A DNA stretch of 64,000 nt from Candidatus Latescibacterota bacterium (GTDB lineage: Bacteria; Latescibacterota; UBA2968; SICM01): positions 4,896,001-4,960,000 of the forward strand of contig CBDCJO010000002.1 of the NCBI GenBank assembly GCA_965217865.1. The letters run 5' to 3'. Positions 1 to 9,121 of the stretch are shown here, one piece after another. Both the position numbers and the translations under genes were made by a program. The notes beneath the pieces are model-generated. The model saw nothing but the letters and a program-made list of their open reading frames with translations. It was not told the DNA's origin and did not search any database. Every line of letters starts with the position of its first letter. Within the stretch, counting starts at the first letter, position 1.

Positions 1-563
1 TCGCTGATGTAGACGGCGTCCGCCGTGTTGGCGTAGAGGCGATGGTCGGCTTCGGGACAGGTGGCCACCTGGTGGACGTCTTCGTGAAGATCGGGTGTTA
101 CCGGTTCCCACAAATCCCCTCCATCCTGGGACCGCATGATACTCCCCACGTGGATGTCTGCAAATACCCATCCTTCGCCGGTCGATGCCAGGCTGCGGAT
201 GGAGGGGGGGCCTCCCCACGGAGTATACCAGCCCCCCCTGCATTCCAGGGCGTCAAACGAAGGGATCCTCTGGACAGACCCGTCATCCCCAAGCCTGTAG
301 AGATGGGGTCCCTCGGTGCCGATCAACAAGGTCTTCGGGTTTTCCTGGAGGATCAAGAGGGATTCGATGGGTTGCTCTATTTCGGACGTGATGCGTTGGG
401 ATTCTTTACCGGATATGAAGAGGATGGCCCCTTCCGAAAGGGCGATGGCCGAAAAGCCAGCCCCTTGCGCCACACAAACCACCCTTTCTCCCTCAAACAA
501 CAAACCGGGTGTATCCTGATTCACCCCCAACCTGTAAACCGCGTCTTTTGTCGATATCAACAT
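1..563 (-). CDS. BNR/WD40-YVTN-like beta-propeller protein, runs off the window start
   Basis: Not in the ORF track. Manual minus-strand translation from ATG 563 is open to position 1: MLISTKDAVYRL...WYTPWGGPPSIRSL...HVGSIMRSQDGGDLWEP..., which contains an Asp-box (S-x-D-G-G-x-x-W). Confidence 0.75.
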   Translation of the reverse strand, partial: MLISTKDAVYRLGVNQDTPGLLFEGERVVCVAQGAGFSAIALSEGAILFISGKESQRITSEIEQPIESLLILQENPKTLLIGTEGPHLYRLGDDGSVQRIPSFDALECRGGWYTPWGGPPSIRSLASTGEGWVFADIHVGSIMRSQDGGDLWEPVTPDLHEDVHQVATCPEADHRLYANTADAVYIS

Positions 564-777
564 AAGTCACCCTTCGCTGGTTCTCTCAAAAGGCTTGACT
601 TCCATTCCCGGCTTCGCGTATCATGGCGGGCGATCAAACCGCTGCGCCCGTCCTTTCAGTATCTGGAATTGTGAAAAACGGGAACCAAGACAAATCTCTC
701 GCCCTCCCCTCTCATGGTTTCACCCCATCGGGGAATCCTGGAGGAGGAGGATGCCCTTTTAAGAAAGGGGTAAGTTT

Positions 778-1890
778 ATGCTTACGGTAGAGGGCTGTAA
801 GGAACGCCAGCGCCGCCTTCGCGAGCGTCTCTCGGATGAAAAGATCGATGCAATAGCCCTGACAGATCGTCGAGACATTTATTATTTCACAGGTGTGCTA
901 CTCGAAAAATTCCCGGCCCTCCTCTTTCTGGAGACGGAGGGAGACTCCTGGCTGGCCGCCCACACTGAGGAAGGTGATGCCCTGGTCGACGACCGAATCA
1001 CCTACGAATTTCAGACATTTTTTACCCTGAACCCGGATCCTCTTCGTTTTCTGAATGCGGCCGTCGCCAACCGCATCAAAGGTCACGCAACCGTATCTCG
1101 GGTCGGGCTGCAGGCCGAGGCCATGCCCAAGATCCTGGGAGACTCCCTCGCGGATGTCCTGCGGCCCATTGATTGGATCCAAGTGGATGACATTCTCGCC
1201 GAACTCGAGAAACGGAAGGATCCGGACGAGGTGGTGCTTCTTCGAAAAAACATCCAAACCTGTCTGGCGGCATATAACCGGGCTCAGGAGGTGATCGCCC
1301 CCGGGGTAAACGAACTCGATGTGCTGGCCGCGGGGCAGCAAGCCGCGATGCGAGAAGCGGGAGAGGTCATCTTCCACGGAGGAGACTACCAGTGCGCCGA
1401 GCTGGGCGGACCCGCCCGTGATCGGATAATCGAGGCGGGGGAACTGTATATCATCGACGCCCAGAGCAGCTACCGCGGGTATAACTCGGACATCTGTCGA
1501 ACTTTTCTCGTGGGGGAGAAGCCCACGGACCTTCAAGCCTCGGTCTACGAACATCTGGCAGAGATCCTGGCGGAGATCCCGAACCTTGTCAAACCGGGCG
1601 GCCGGGCAACCGAACTCTGGAAGACCCTGGATTTTCGTATCCGGGAACATCCCCGCTTCACGGATGTGGGCTTGATCCACCACGGAGGACACGGGGTAGG
1701 ACTTCGGCCACACGAAGCACCGGACATCAACCGAGACCGGGAGGGGATCTTCGAGGTCGGAGATGTCTTCTCCTGCGAGCCCGGGGCCTACTGTGATGAA
1801 CTTCGATGCGGTATCCGTGTCGAGAACACATTTTTAATTACCGAAACAGGCGTCGAAAATCTCTCGGAGTATCCACTCAGTCTAAAGTAA
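778..1890 (+). CDS. Xaa-Pro aminopeptidase / M24 metallopeptidase
   Basis: Creatinase-like N-terminal domain; motifs D..SDICRT, HHGGHGVGLRPHEAP, EPG, GIRVE. Confidence 0.9.
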   Translation: MLTVEGCKERQRRLRERLSDEKIDAIALTDRRDIYYFTGVLLEKFPALLFLETEGDSWLAAHTEEGDALVDDRITYEFQTFFTLNPDPLRFLNAAVANRIKGHATVSRVGLQAEAMPKILGDSLADVLRPIDWIQVDDILAELEKRKDPDEVVLLRKNIQTCLAAYNRAQEVIAPGVNELDVLAAGQQAAMREAGEVIFHGGDYQCAELGGPARDRIIEAGELYIIDAQSSYRGYNSDICRTFLVGEKPTDLQASVYEHLAEILAEIPNLVKPGGRATELWKTLDFRIREHPRFTDVGLIHHGGHGVGLRPHEAPDINRDREGIFEVGDVFSCEPGAYCDELRCGIRVENTFLITETGVENLSEYPLSLK

Positions 1891-1967
1891 CCGCCCGGAT
1901 TCATGGGCTGGAATCAATGGACCCGTGAAGCTGATGGTTTTTGACTGACGAGAACCGCGTCACAAGC

Positions 1968-2897
1968 TTACAGCAGCCCCTTCTCCTTCAGCAGCTTTCT
2001 CACCCGGCGCCTCCCCGAGGCGTCGAGCACCTCCCCGGTATCCCTGACAGGCCCCCCCGCCATTCCCATCATCTCCAGACCGGCTTTTAACATCGGAGTT
2101 CCAAGCTCCGTACGCAGATCCGTGAGGGGTTCGAAGAAGTCCCTTAAGGCCATGGCACCTTTCCAATCCTTCCGGATGGCCGCCCGATGAAGCTGGATAG
2201 ACACGGGTAGGAATAGGTTGGCCATTCCTGTGGTGAATCCCACGGCACCGGCCAGGTAGTAGTAAGGGACCATGTTTTCACCCCCGCCTGTGATAATGGG
2301 GATTGATCCCCCGCTGATTCGGATCCCGGTTCGCACCCAATCGACCGAACCGCTCTCCTCCTTGATCGCTACGAGATTCGGGAGCTTAATCAGACGTTTC
2401 ACAAGCGCGATGGACAGGGTTTGCTGCGGGGCGCGGAAAGGCAGGACACCGATATCGATCGATCCGGAGATCTCCCGATGGTGTTCCCACAAGGCATCAT
2501 CCCCTCTTTTTACGATGGGTGGATGAGGCATGATAAGCACCGCGTCGCATCCCGCACGCTCAGCGTCACGCGCCATTTTCACGGCGCTGTGGGTGTTCCC
2601 TCCGATTCCGCAGATGATTTTGCACCTTCCCTCTGCACCGGAAACCGCGGCTCGGGCGATGTCGATCACCTCAGATGCGGAAAGAGAGTGAAATTCACCC
2701 GATCCTCCGCATATGACCATGGCCTTCTCGCCTTTTGTGAGGGAAAAGCGGAGGATATTCCCCTCTACTCCGGGGAGATCAATTTGGTATCTTCCGAATC
2801 GGTTCCTTGTCAATTTAAAAGGCGTCATCACAAAAACGAAGACGCCGCGGGCATTGAAATCCGTCCGGAGTTTTGATTGAGAGGTAACTTGCTTCAC
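1968..2897 (-). CDS. Dihydrodipicolinate synthase family lyase (5-dehydro-4-deoxyglucarate dehydratase-like)
   Basis: TPF, GGSGEFHSLS, PNLVAIKE (Schiff-base Lys). Probable GTG start at 2897 overlaps the upstream TGA, so the track's N-terminal extension is spurious. Confidence 0.85.
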   Translation of the reverse strand: MKQVTSQSKLRTDFNARGVFVFVMTPFKLTRNRFGRYQIDLPGVEGNILRFSLTKGEKAMVICGGSGEFHSLSASEVIDIARAAVSGAEGRCKIICGIGGNTHSAVKMARDAERAGCDAVLIMPHPPIVKRGDDALWEHHREISGSIDIGVLPFRAPQQTLSIALVKRLIKLPNLVAIKEESGSVDWVRTGIRISGGSIPIITGGGENMVPYYYLAGAVGFTTGMANLFLPVSIQLHRAAIRKDWKGAMALRDFFEPLTDLRTELGTPMLKAGLEMMGMAGGPVRDTGEVLDASGRRRVRKLLKEKGLL

Positions 2898-4015
2898 AAG
2901 TATCGCTCGATCCGCACCTGGTCGATCGGTATCCTGGGCTTCCGGTCCATCACGAGATCGGTCAGGACCATCGCGGTTCCGGGCGCCTGTTTCATACCGG
3001 ACGCCCCGTGCCCGGCCGCCCATAGATAGCCTCCGCTTGCGCGTGGGTCGGGTCCGATGGTTGGCAACCCGTCGGGTGTGGCAGGTCTCAAACCCGTCCA
3101 GACGTCCAGGATGGGCCGTCCGGAAAGACTGGGCAGAACGTTCTGGACGATCTCGTTCAATTCGCCCATACCCTCTGGTGTGATCTGTTTCAGGAAACCC
3201 CAATCGTCCAGGGTGGCTCCTACCACCACCCGTCCGTCGGGCCTGGGGGTCACGTAACCCCATGCGCTCGTCCGCCAAACGTTGTGACGCAACCCGCAGA
3301 GGGGTCCGGAGACGGACATGATCTGCCCGTGATTCGGGTAGACGGGGTGCGGCAATTTCGAATCGAGCTTTCCCGCCCAGGCGCCGGCCGCATTGACCAC
3401 GATGCCCGCGTGAATCTCATCACCGCCGGAACGGACTCCGATCACCCGATCCCCGTCCCACACCATCCCGGTGACCGGCCATCCTTCATACACGGAAACT
3501 CCTTTCGCCTGGCCTGACAGCGCGATGGTGGCCGTGAAGTCTCGAGCGTCCAGGAATCGACCTTCCGGAAAAAAAGCAGCGGAGACGACTTCCTGGGAGA
3601 GGGCGGGTTCCCGCTTTACCGCCTCCTCCCCGGTCAGCCGCTCTGCTGCAACCCCCGCGCGCGCCTGTGTCTTCACCTCCATCTTCGTTTGCTCGATCTC
3701 AGCATCGGAGAGAGCGATGCTCAGGGAACCCTCACCGCCATAGCCGATCCGCCTGCCCGTTTCGGTGTAGAGACGTTCATTCAGGTCATCGTATATGATT
3801 TTCGAGAGGGAGGTCACCTTCAGAAACCAGGGATCCCCCTCAGGAGAGGATGTCGGTCCGATCATCCCGGCGGAGGCCCAGGATGCCTCCTGGCCGACTT
3901 TTACCCTGTCCAACAGGGTCACCCTCAGACCCTCTTCCCGAAGAAAATAAGCTGTCGTACTCCCGCAGGCCCCTCCGCCCACCACCACCACATCACAGGT
4001 TTCCAGAACAGCCAT
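2894..4015 (-). CDS. FAD-dependent oxidoreductase, glycine oxidase (ThiO)/DAO family
   Basis: VVVGGGACG FAD motif, ASWASAGMI, GLRPATPDGLPTIG, AAGH. Confidence 0.88.
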   Translation of the reverse strand: MAVLETCDVVVVGGGACGSTTAYFLREEGLRVTLLDRVKVGQEASWASAGMIGPTSSPEGDPWFLKVTSLSKIIYDDLNERLYTETGRRIGYGGEGSLSIALSDAEIEQTKMEVKTQARAGVAAERLTGEEAVKREPALSQEVVSAAFFPEGRFLDARDFTATIALSGQAKGVSVYEGWPVTGMVWDGDRVIGVRSGGDEIHAGIVVNAAGAWAGKLDSKLPHPVYPNHGQIMSVSGPLCGLRHNVWRTSAWGYVTPRPDGRVVVGATLDDWGFLKQITPEGMGELNEIVQNVLPSLSGRPILDVWTGLRPATPDGLPTIGPDPRASGGYLWAAGHGASGMKQAPGTAMVLTDLVMDRKPRIPIDQVRIERYL

Positions 4016-4024
4016 AGGGGGTCC

Positions 4025-4816
4025 TCAGGGATAATGGGTCACGATGGTATCCTCCTGTTCGACCTTCTCCCCGTAGAGCCAGTTCCAGATGTCCATCCAC
4101 ATGACCCGGTGCTTGTAGCGGGAGGATGCATCATCATACGGAAGCGCGGATTCGATCATCCGGGTCTTCATCGAGACCCGAAAGTCGGGGTCCGCGTGCC
4201 AACTGGGTTGCCTGGGTTCCTCTGTGCGATCAAACAGGAACTTCAACATAAAGCGAGTCTTGTCGCTGTGGTTGGCCATATTTGTGTGCCATATGTCGTA
4301 GTGTGCCACCACAACGGTTCCGGCCTTTACACAGAGCGGCACCTGGGCTTTTAAATTGACATAACTTTGCATCCGGGTGGTGGGTGTGTTATGATACTGA
4401 GTGCCCGGAACGATCAGGGTGGGCCCCATCTCCTCCGTGACGTCCTGCGGATAGTACATCGCGAGGATACGATTGATATGGTGGTGGCGTGCGTTGACGT
4501 CGTCCTGGTGCCAGAAGCTTCCCTGGCTACCAGGAGGATTCGTATGGCAATGACGGTGGCGATGCATGATATAATTCTGTCCCAAGACGCTGGTCAGAGT
4601 TCCGCGAACTGCCGGATGATCGTAAACCTCATGAAGGTCGGGGACGCGATCCAGGATCTCATTTCCCGGGTTGCCTTCCTTCTCGAACAGGTCTTCGATC
4701 TGCCGGTAAATCGATTCGTGGAATTCCGGGGGAAAATCTGTGTGAACAAGGGCATATCCATCCACGATGAAAGCCCTCATCCCCTCGTCGTCGAGGAGGA
4801 AATCTCTCTCATTCAT
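4025..4816 (-). CDS. Phytanoyl-CoA dioxygenase (PhyH) family Fe/2-oxoglutarate dioxygenase
   Basis: F..DGY N-terminus, WHQD, GPTLIVPGT, DIWH, R.MLKF. Confidence 0.88.
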   Translation of the reverse strand: MNERDFLLDDEGMRAFIVDGYALVHTDFPPEFHESIYRQIEDLFEKEGNPGNEILDRVPDLHEVYDHPAVRGTLTSVLGQNYIMHRHRHCHTNPPGSQGSFWHQDDVNARHHHINRILAMYYPQDVTEEMGPTLIVPGTQYHNTPTTRMQSYVNLKAQVPLCVKAGTVVVAHYDIWHTNMANHSDKTRFMLKFLFDRTEEPRQPSWHADPDFRVSMKTRMIESALPYDDASSRYKHRVMWMDIWNWLYGEKVEQEDTIVTHYP

Positions 4817-5201
4817 TGAAGATCTCCATTTTTTGTAAGATGAATTCAAAGCCTACGAAATCCACCTCCCTGTCGTCAAAAGGGGCCATCAGGTTCGGAA
4901 AATGGATGACATGCCAGCCGTCGGCCATGGCCTCCTGCACCGTGCCAAATGGCCAGTCCTTCCGCGTTCGATGTCGATCCCGCTGACCCACCACAGGCTC
5001 GTGCTCGGCCATGCCGATGATCTCAGAATGCACAGACGGCTCTCGCGTATGGACGTAGAGCAGGCGCTGGCGCGTGTCTTGAGTCACGGATTGGACCGTT
5101 TTTCCGAGTTGATCGAGATCGGATTTTTCCAGCGTTCCCCGGTCAAATTTTCCCCTGGAGTTGTCCAGCCATGCCTCGACAATTTTTCGGAGTGGGTTCA
5201 T
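4809..5201 (-). CDS. Hypothetical protein of about 130 aa, translationally coupled to PhyH
   Basis: Fills the gap between co-oriented genes; its stop overlaps the PhyH start region; C-terminus ADGWHVIHFP...FEFILQKME. Confidence 0.7.
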   Translation of the reverse strand: MNPLRKIVEAWLDNSRGKFDRGTLEKSDLDQLGKTVQSVTQDTRQRLLYVHTREPSVHSEIIGMAEHEPVVGQRDRHRTRKDWPFGTVQEAMADGWHVIHFPNLMAPFDDREVDFVGFEFILQKMEIFNE

Positions 5202-5220
5202 ATCTAAGGGTGTGTGGGGG

Positions 5221-6087
5221 TCAGGTTTCGACGTACTGTCGATACAAATCCTCAATTTTTTCCACTTCCGGCTCTCGATCAAGGATCGCAAAGCCATACC
5301 GGAGTTCAAGAACGTCTCCGTTTTTCAACTCAAGGGTGCCGTTTTTGAGGGGGGCGGTTCCCAGGAGGTTTTTGCGGGTGAACCAGGGGACCGGATGACG
5401 CGGATTCCGAGGGTGATCCATCAGGATCACTGCACCTCCGGAAGCGCCGCCGGCGCACACCCAGCGCGCCTCCCTGCCCATGATGTTTTCGTGGCCCTGG
5501 AGGCCTTCGCTGCTCCGATGGAACGCTTCTGAAAAGGGCTGTCCCATCCGCAAAACCAGACCACTGTACCGGGCGACGGCTTTTGTTGCCCCAATTGAGA
5601 GATGGTCACCGGCCGGTTTTATCTCCGTTTGAATCGTCCAGAGGTAGCCATCTTCACTTTTGTCGAACCCGAAGGACCGGGTCTCGGATGCCATGATTCT
5701 ATCCGCCTGGTCCAACCAGGTAAGGTCCTCTTTTACGGAAATTCCATGACCATCGCTTCGTTCGTCGGAAAAATTATTGTGGCGCTGGATGCCGTGGATG
5801 TTTTCCAAGAACTCATATTTTCCAGTCTCAGGAAGATACCAGGGGCCGCCCCACAGGTTGGCTTCGTTCACGTGGACCCAACCGAAAAACAATCCCGTGT
5901 GCCAGGAGTGGTCAGGGGGCCTGTATTCGGTAATCAAACCTCCCGATGGGGTATAGATCGGGGCGAAACAGGGTTTGGGGGACTCGGCCCGTGGGAGCAC
6001 CTCGTGGGCGCGGTATAGCGCAACCAGACGATCCCCATCGTGCAGTTCGAACCCCAGACAATTTCTCTGCAAACGCATTGACTCCAT
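5221..6087 (-). CDS. DUF6807 / 'PmoA family' beta-sandwich protein
   Basis: KPCFAPIYTPSG...PPDHSWHTGLFFGW, YSGL, MDHPRNPRHP.PW motifs typical of this family; not a true methane monooxygenase subunit. Confidence 0.7.
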   Translation of the reverse strand: MESMRLQRNCLGFELHDGDRLVALYRAHEVLPRAESPKPCFAPIYTPSGGLITEYRPPDHSWHTGLFFGWVHVNEANLWGGPWYLPETGKYEFLENIHGIQRHNNFSDERSDGHGISVKEDLTWLDQADRIMASETRSFGFDKSEDGYLWTIQTEIKPAGDHLSIGATKAVARYSGLVLRMGQPFSEAFHRSSEGLQGHENIMGREARWVCAGGASGGAVILMDHPRNPRHPVPWFTRKNLLGTAPLKNGTLELKNGDVLELRYGFAILDREPEVEKIEDLYRQYVET

Positions 6088-6230
6088 GGCCGCATAAAAT
6101 AGCCCCCCTGTTTTGGAATGTCAAGGAGCATATAAGCGACCGCCATGCCACGATTTTCGAGTAAAACCCGCTTGACGGAAGGGTTTACTTGGAGTAATTT
6201 GAGGCCTGTTCTCCGAGAAGGAATTGCAAA

Positions 6231-6380
6231 GTCAGGGGTTAGAAGTCAGAGGTCAGGGGCCAGAGGAAAGGCAGGATCAAAGGCCAGAGGTCAGGGATTG
6301 AAGATTGAAAAACCTGTAGCAGTAGCGGGCGGTAGTGGCAAGGAAAGCAAGGAAAGATAGCCGAGGCAGTGGCAGAAGCA
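6231..6380 (+). repeat. Degenerate heptamer tandem-repeat array (AGRGGTC, AGATTGA, GGCAGT types)
   Basis: agaagtc agaggtc aggggcc ... gattgaagattgaa ... ggcagtggcag; the same units recur at 26.1-26.3 kb and 41.6-41.8 kb. Confidence 0.7.
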
Positions 6381-6409
6381 AAACCCTTTACTTGGGAAGG
6401 AGTGTTTCT

Positions 6410-7286
6410 ATGGCAAGTGGTTTGATGGATCGTCTCAAGAGCGGATTCGTGCTGGGGGATGGCGGCTATCTCATGGAGCTTCGCCTCAAGGGGCTTCTTA
6501 AAAAAGAGTCGATGACCCCAGAGGTGATCGCCACTCACCCCGAAGAGGTTCGGGACCTGACAAGGGCCTTTAAAGAGGCCGGGGCCGAGGTGCTCCAGAC
6601 GCTGACCTTTTTTGGGACCTCGAACATGCTCTCCAGGGCGGGATTCGGGGACCGGGCGGAGGAGATCAACCGGACCGCTTGCCAGATCGCGAGGGAGGTG
6701 GCCGGGGGGGAGGCTCTGGTGGCGGGGAATCTGAACAGCCCCTTCTATAATGGTTGGAGATTATGAGGCCGGGGATTCGGCGATGAGGGACCGCACGCGA
6801 GCCTGGTTGGACGAACAGCTGCCGTGGATTCTGGACGAAGGGGTGGATTTTCTGATCCTCGAGACGTTTTCCTGGCTGGATGAGGCCCTGGTGGCCCTTA
6901 AGGTGGTCGGAGAGACTGAAAAGCCGGTGGTGGTGACGGTGAGCCTGGAAGACAGAGGTCGGAGGACACTGGATGGGATTTCGCCCGGTGACTGCGCCCG
7001 GCGCCTGGTCGATGCGGGGGCAGATGTGGTGGGGGTGAACTGTCTCCAGCGACCAGAGGAGATGCTGCCGTGCGCCGTGGAGATGCGAGAGGCCGTGGAG
7101 GCGCCGGTCTGCTGTCAGCCGTCGGCCTGGCATTCGTGGTGGCCCGACCCGGAGGCCGTCACTCCGGAGGGTTTTGCGGCCTTCGCTCAGGCCGGGATGG
7201 AGGCCGATATCCGTTTTCTAGGGGCGTGCTGCGGGGCCGGTTCGGATCACGTCCGGGCGATGGCGGAGGCGATGGGGAAGGGGTGA
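6410..7286 (+). pseudogene. Homocysteine S-methyltransferase (BHMT-like) with a +1 frameshift (pseudogene or sequencing error)
   Basis: N half has GDGGYLMEL...AGAEVLQT; C half has LILETF, VVGVNC, GACCG (Zn ligands). Removing one C from CCCC at 6739-6742 joins them into 291 aa. Confidence 0.8.
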
Positions 7287-7412
7287 GTTTCCGGTAAAAA
7301 AACGGTTCGACGTAGCCCGGGCAGAAGGCGTACTCGACGTCCGGTTCACTACGGCGTTCGACCGGAGGCCGGCCGGCGAGAGATGTTAGGAACAGGTTTG
7401 GGAGGAGGGGAT

Positions 7413-8252
7413 ATGCCCGTTTTAAGCCAAGACGACCGCGCCTTCTGGAAGGAGAACGGTTACGTCGTGGTTCACGACGCTGTGCCTCCGGAGAACGTGA
7501 ATGCGGCTGAGCAGGCGGTCTGGGAGTTTCTCGAAATGGATCGTGATGACCCGAAGACGTGGTATACGGCCCCTCCGCGAAAAAGCATCATGGTCGAGAT
7601 TTATCAGCATCAGGCTCTCTGGGACAACAGGCAGTACCCCCGGGTCCACCAGGCCTTCGCTGAAATCTGGGGAACGGAAAAGCTCTGGGTCAGTTTCGAC
7701 CGGGCGAGCATGAATCCCCCGGAACGCCCCGGACATTCGTTTCCGGGAAAAGTGCACTGGGATATACCCCTGGACCTGCCGATTCCATTTCAGGTTCAGG
7801 GGGTGCTTTATATGAGCGATACCGATGCGAACCAGGGAGCGTTCACATGTGTGCCGGGATTTCATAACAGGATCGAGGCATGGATTCGGAATCTGCCGTC
7901 GGATGCCGATCCGAAACAGCACGACATAAATCGCATGGGCCTCCAACCGATCGCAGGTAAGGCCGGGGATCTGATCATCTGGCACAGCGCCCTACCACAC
8001 GGGAGCAGCCCCAATACTGCCAACCAACCCAGAGTGGTTCAGTACATTACCATGTTTCCCGCCAAAGAGGAGAACGAATTTCCTCCAACAGATGGAAAGG
8101 AAGCTATCCGTAGCCGCCGGATTAAGGGCTGGCAAAACCGTCTGGCGGGCTTCAGCTCTGAGCGGAGAGAGAAGGAACACGAATGTGGGGAGACGGCGGA
8201 GTTGACCCTCCGGGGGAAAAAGCTGTTGGGGTTGGAGCCGTGGGAGGATTAG
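7413..8252 (+). CDS. PhyH family dioxygenase
   Basis: FWKENGYVV, HWD, GAFTCVPGFH, GDLIIWHSALPHGSSPN...R; GGAGG RBS. Confidence 0.9.
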   Translation: MPVLSQDDRAFWKENGYVVVHDAVPPENVNAAEQAVWEFLEMDRDDPKTWYTAPPRKSIMVEIYQHQALWDNRQYPRVHQAFAEIWGTEKLWVSFDRASMNPPERPGHSFPGKVHWDIPLDLPIPFQVQGVLYMSDTDANQGAFTCVPGFHNRIEAWIRNLPSDADPKQHDINRMGLQPIAGKAGDLIIWHSALPHGSSPNTANQPRVVQYITMFPAKEENEFPPTDGKEAIRSRRIKGWQNRLAGFSSERREKEHECGETAELTLRGKKLLGLEPWED

Positions 8253-8345
8253 GAAAATGCAAAATGAAAGGTGCAAATTGCAAAATTTGGGATCAAGAGA
8301 CGTTGCATCAAACCGACCCTCTAATAACCAAGAAGAGGCGTCATC

Positions 8346-9107
8346 ATGACCCGTTCAAAACTGGCCGCAACGCTCTACACATTGCGAGCCTATACAAAGG
8401 CTCCCTGGGACATCACACGTACATTGAAAAAAGTCCGGTCGATCGGATATGAGAGCGTTCAGCTGTCCGGTCTGGGGCCGATCGATCCCAGTGAGTTGAA
8501 GACGATTCTGGACGGCGAGGGATTAAGCGTGTGTGCCACACACGTAAGCTATGAGCGTCTCGAGAAGGAGCTGGATGTTGTCGTGGAAGAACATCGCCTG
8601 TGGGGCTGCAGGCATATCGCCATCGGTTCTCTCCCTGAAGCCTACCGCGAGGACGACGGATTTTCGAGGTTTGCTAAAGAGTCCCATGAAGTTTCGGGTC
8701 AACTCAAGAAGGCCGGCATGACGTTCAGTTATCACAATCACAATTGGGAACTGGAGCGGATCGACGGAAGAACGGGTCTGGACATCCTGGTTGAAGAGAG
8801 CGATCCGAGTCTATATTTCGAGATCGATACCTACTGGATTCAAGCGGGCGGAGGCGATCCCGCCTCCTGGATTCGAAGGGTGAAGGACCGGGCTCCGCTC
8901 GTTCATCTGAAGGATATGACCGTCTCCGAGAGAAAGCCTGTCATGGCCGAGGTGGGAGAAGGAAACCTGAACTGGGAGGGCATCCTTGAGGCATGCCGCG
9001 AATCCAATGTGGAATGGTATATCGTGGAGCAGGACTGGTGTGAGCGGGATCCGTTCGAAAGCATCGCAATCAGCCTTCGGAATTTGAAGGAATTAGGTTT
9101 GGCGTAA
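8346..9107 (+). CDS. Sugar phosphate isomerase/epimerase (xylose isomerase-like TIM barrel)
   Basis: YHNHNWE, EIDTYW, HLKD, GEGNLNW, IVEQD. Confidence 0.9.
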   Translation: MTRSKLAATLYTLRAYTKAPWDITRTLKKVRSIGYESVQLSGLGPIDPSELKTILDGEGLSVCATHVSYERLEKELDVVVEEHRLWGCRHIAIGSLPEAYREDDGFSRFAKESHEVSGQLKKAGMTFSYHNHNWELERIDGRTGLDILVEESDPSLYFEIDTYWIQAGGGDPASWIRRVKDRAPLVHLKDMTVSERKPVMAEVGEGNLNWEGILEACRESNVEWYIVEQDWCERDPFESIAISLRNLKELGLA

Positions 9108-9121
9108 ACCCCTCAACAAAC

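Noticed and set aside
42-674. 210-aa plus-strand ORF
   Set aside because: Shadow of the minus-strand beta-propeller gene, which carries the recognisable motifs.
2894-4015. Assignment as thiamine-pathway thiO
   Set aside because: The family match is good, but the context is catabolic with no thiS/thiG, so the symbol was withheld.
5221-6087. Methane monooxygenase subunit
   Set aside because: The 'PmoA' family label is misleading: this is a soluble protein with no transmembrane segments and no pmoBC nearby.
6739-6766. Programmed ribosomal frameshift in the BHMT-like gene
   Set aside because: No canonical slippery heptamer or stimulatory structure, and similar indels elsewhere favour error or mutation.
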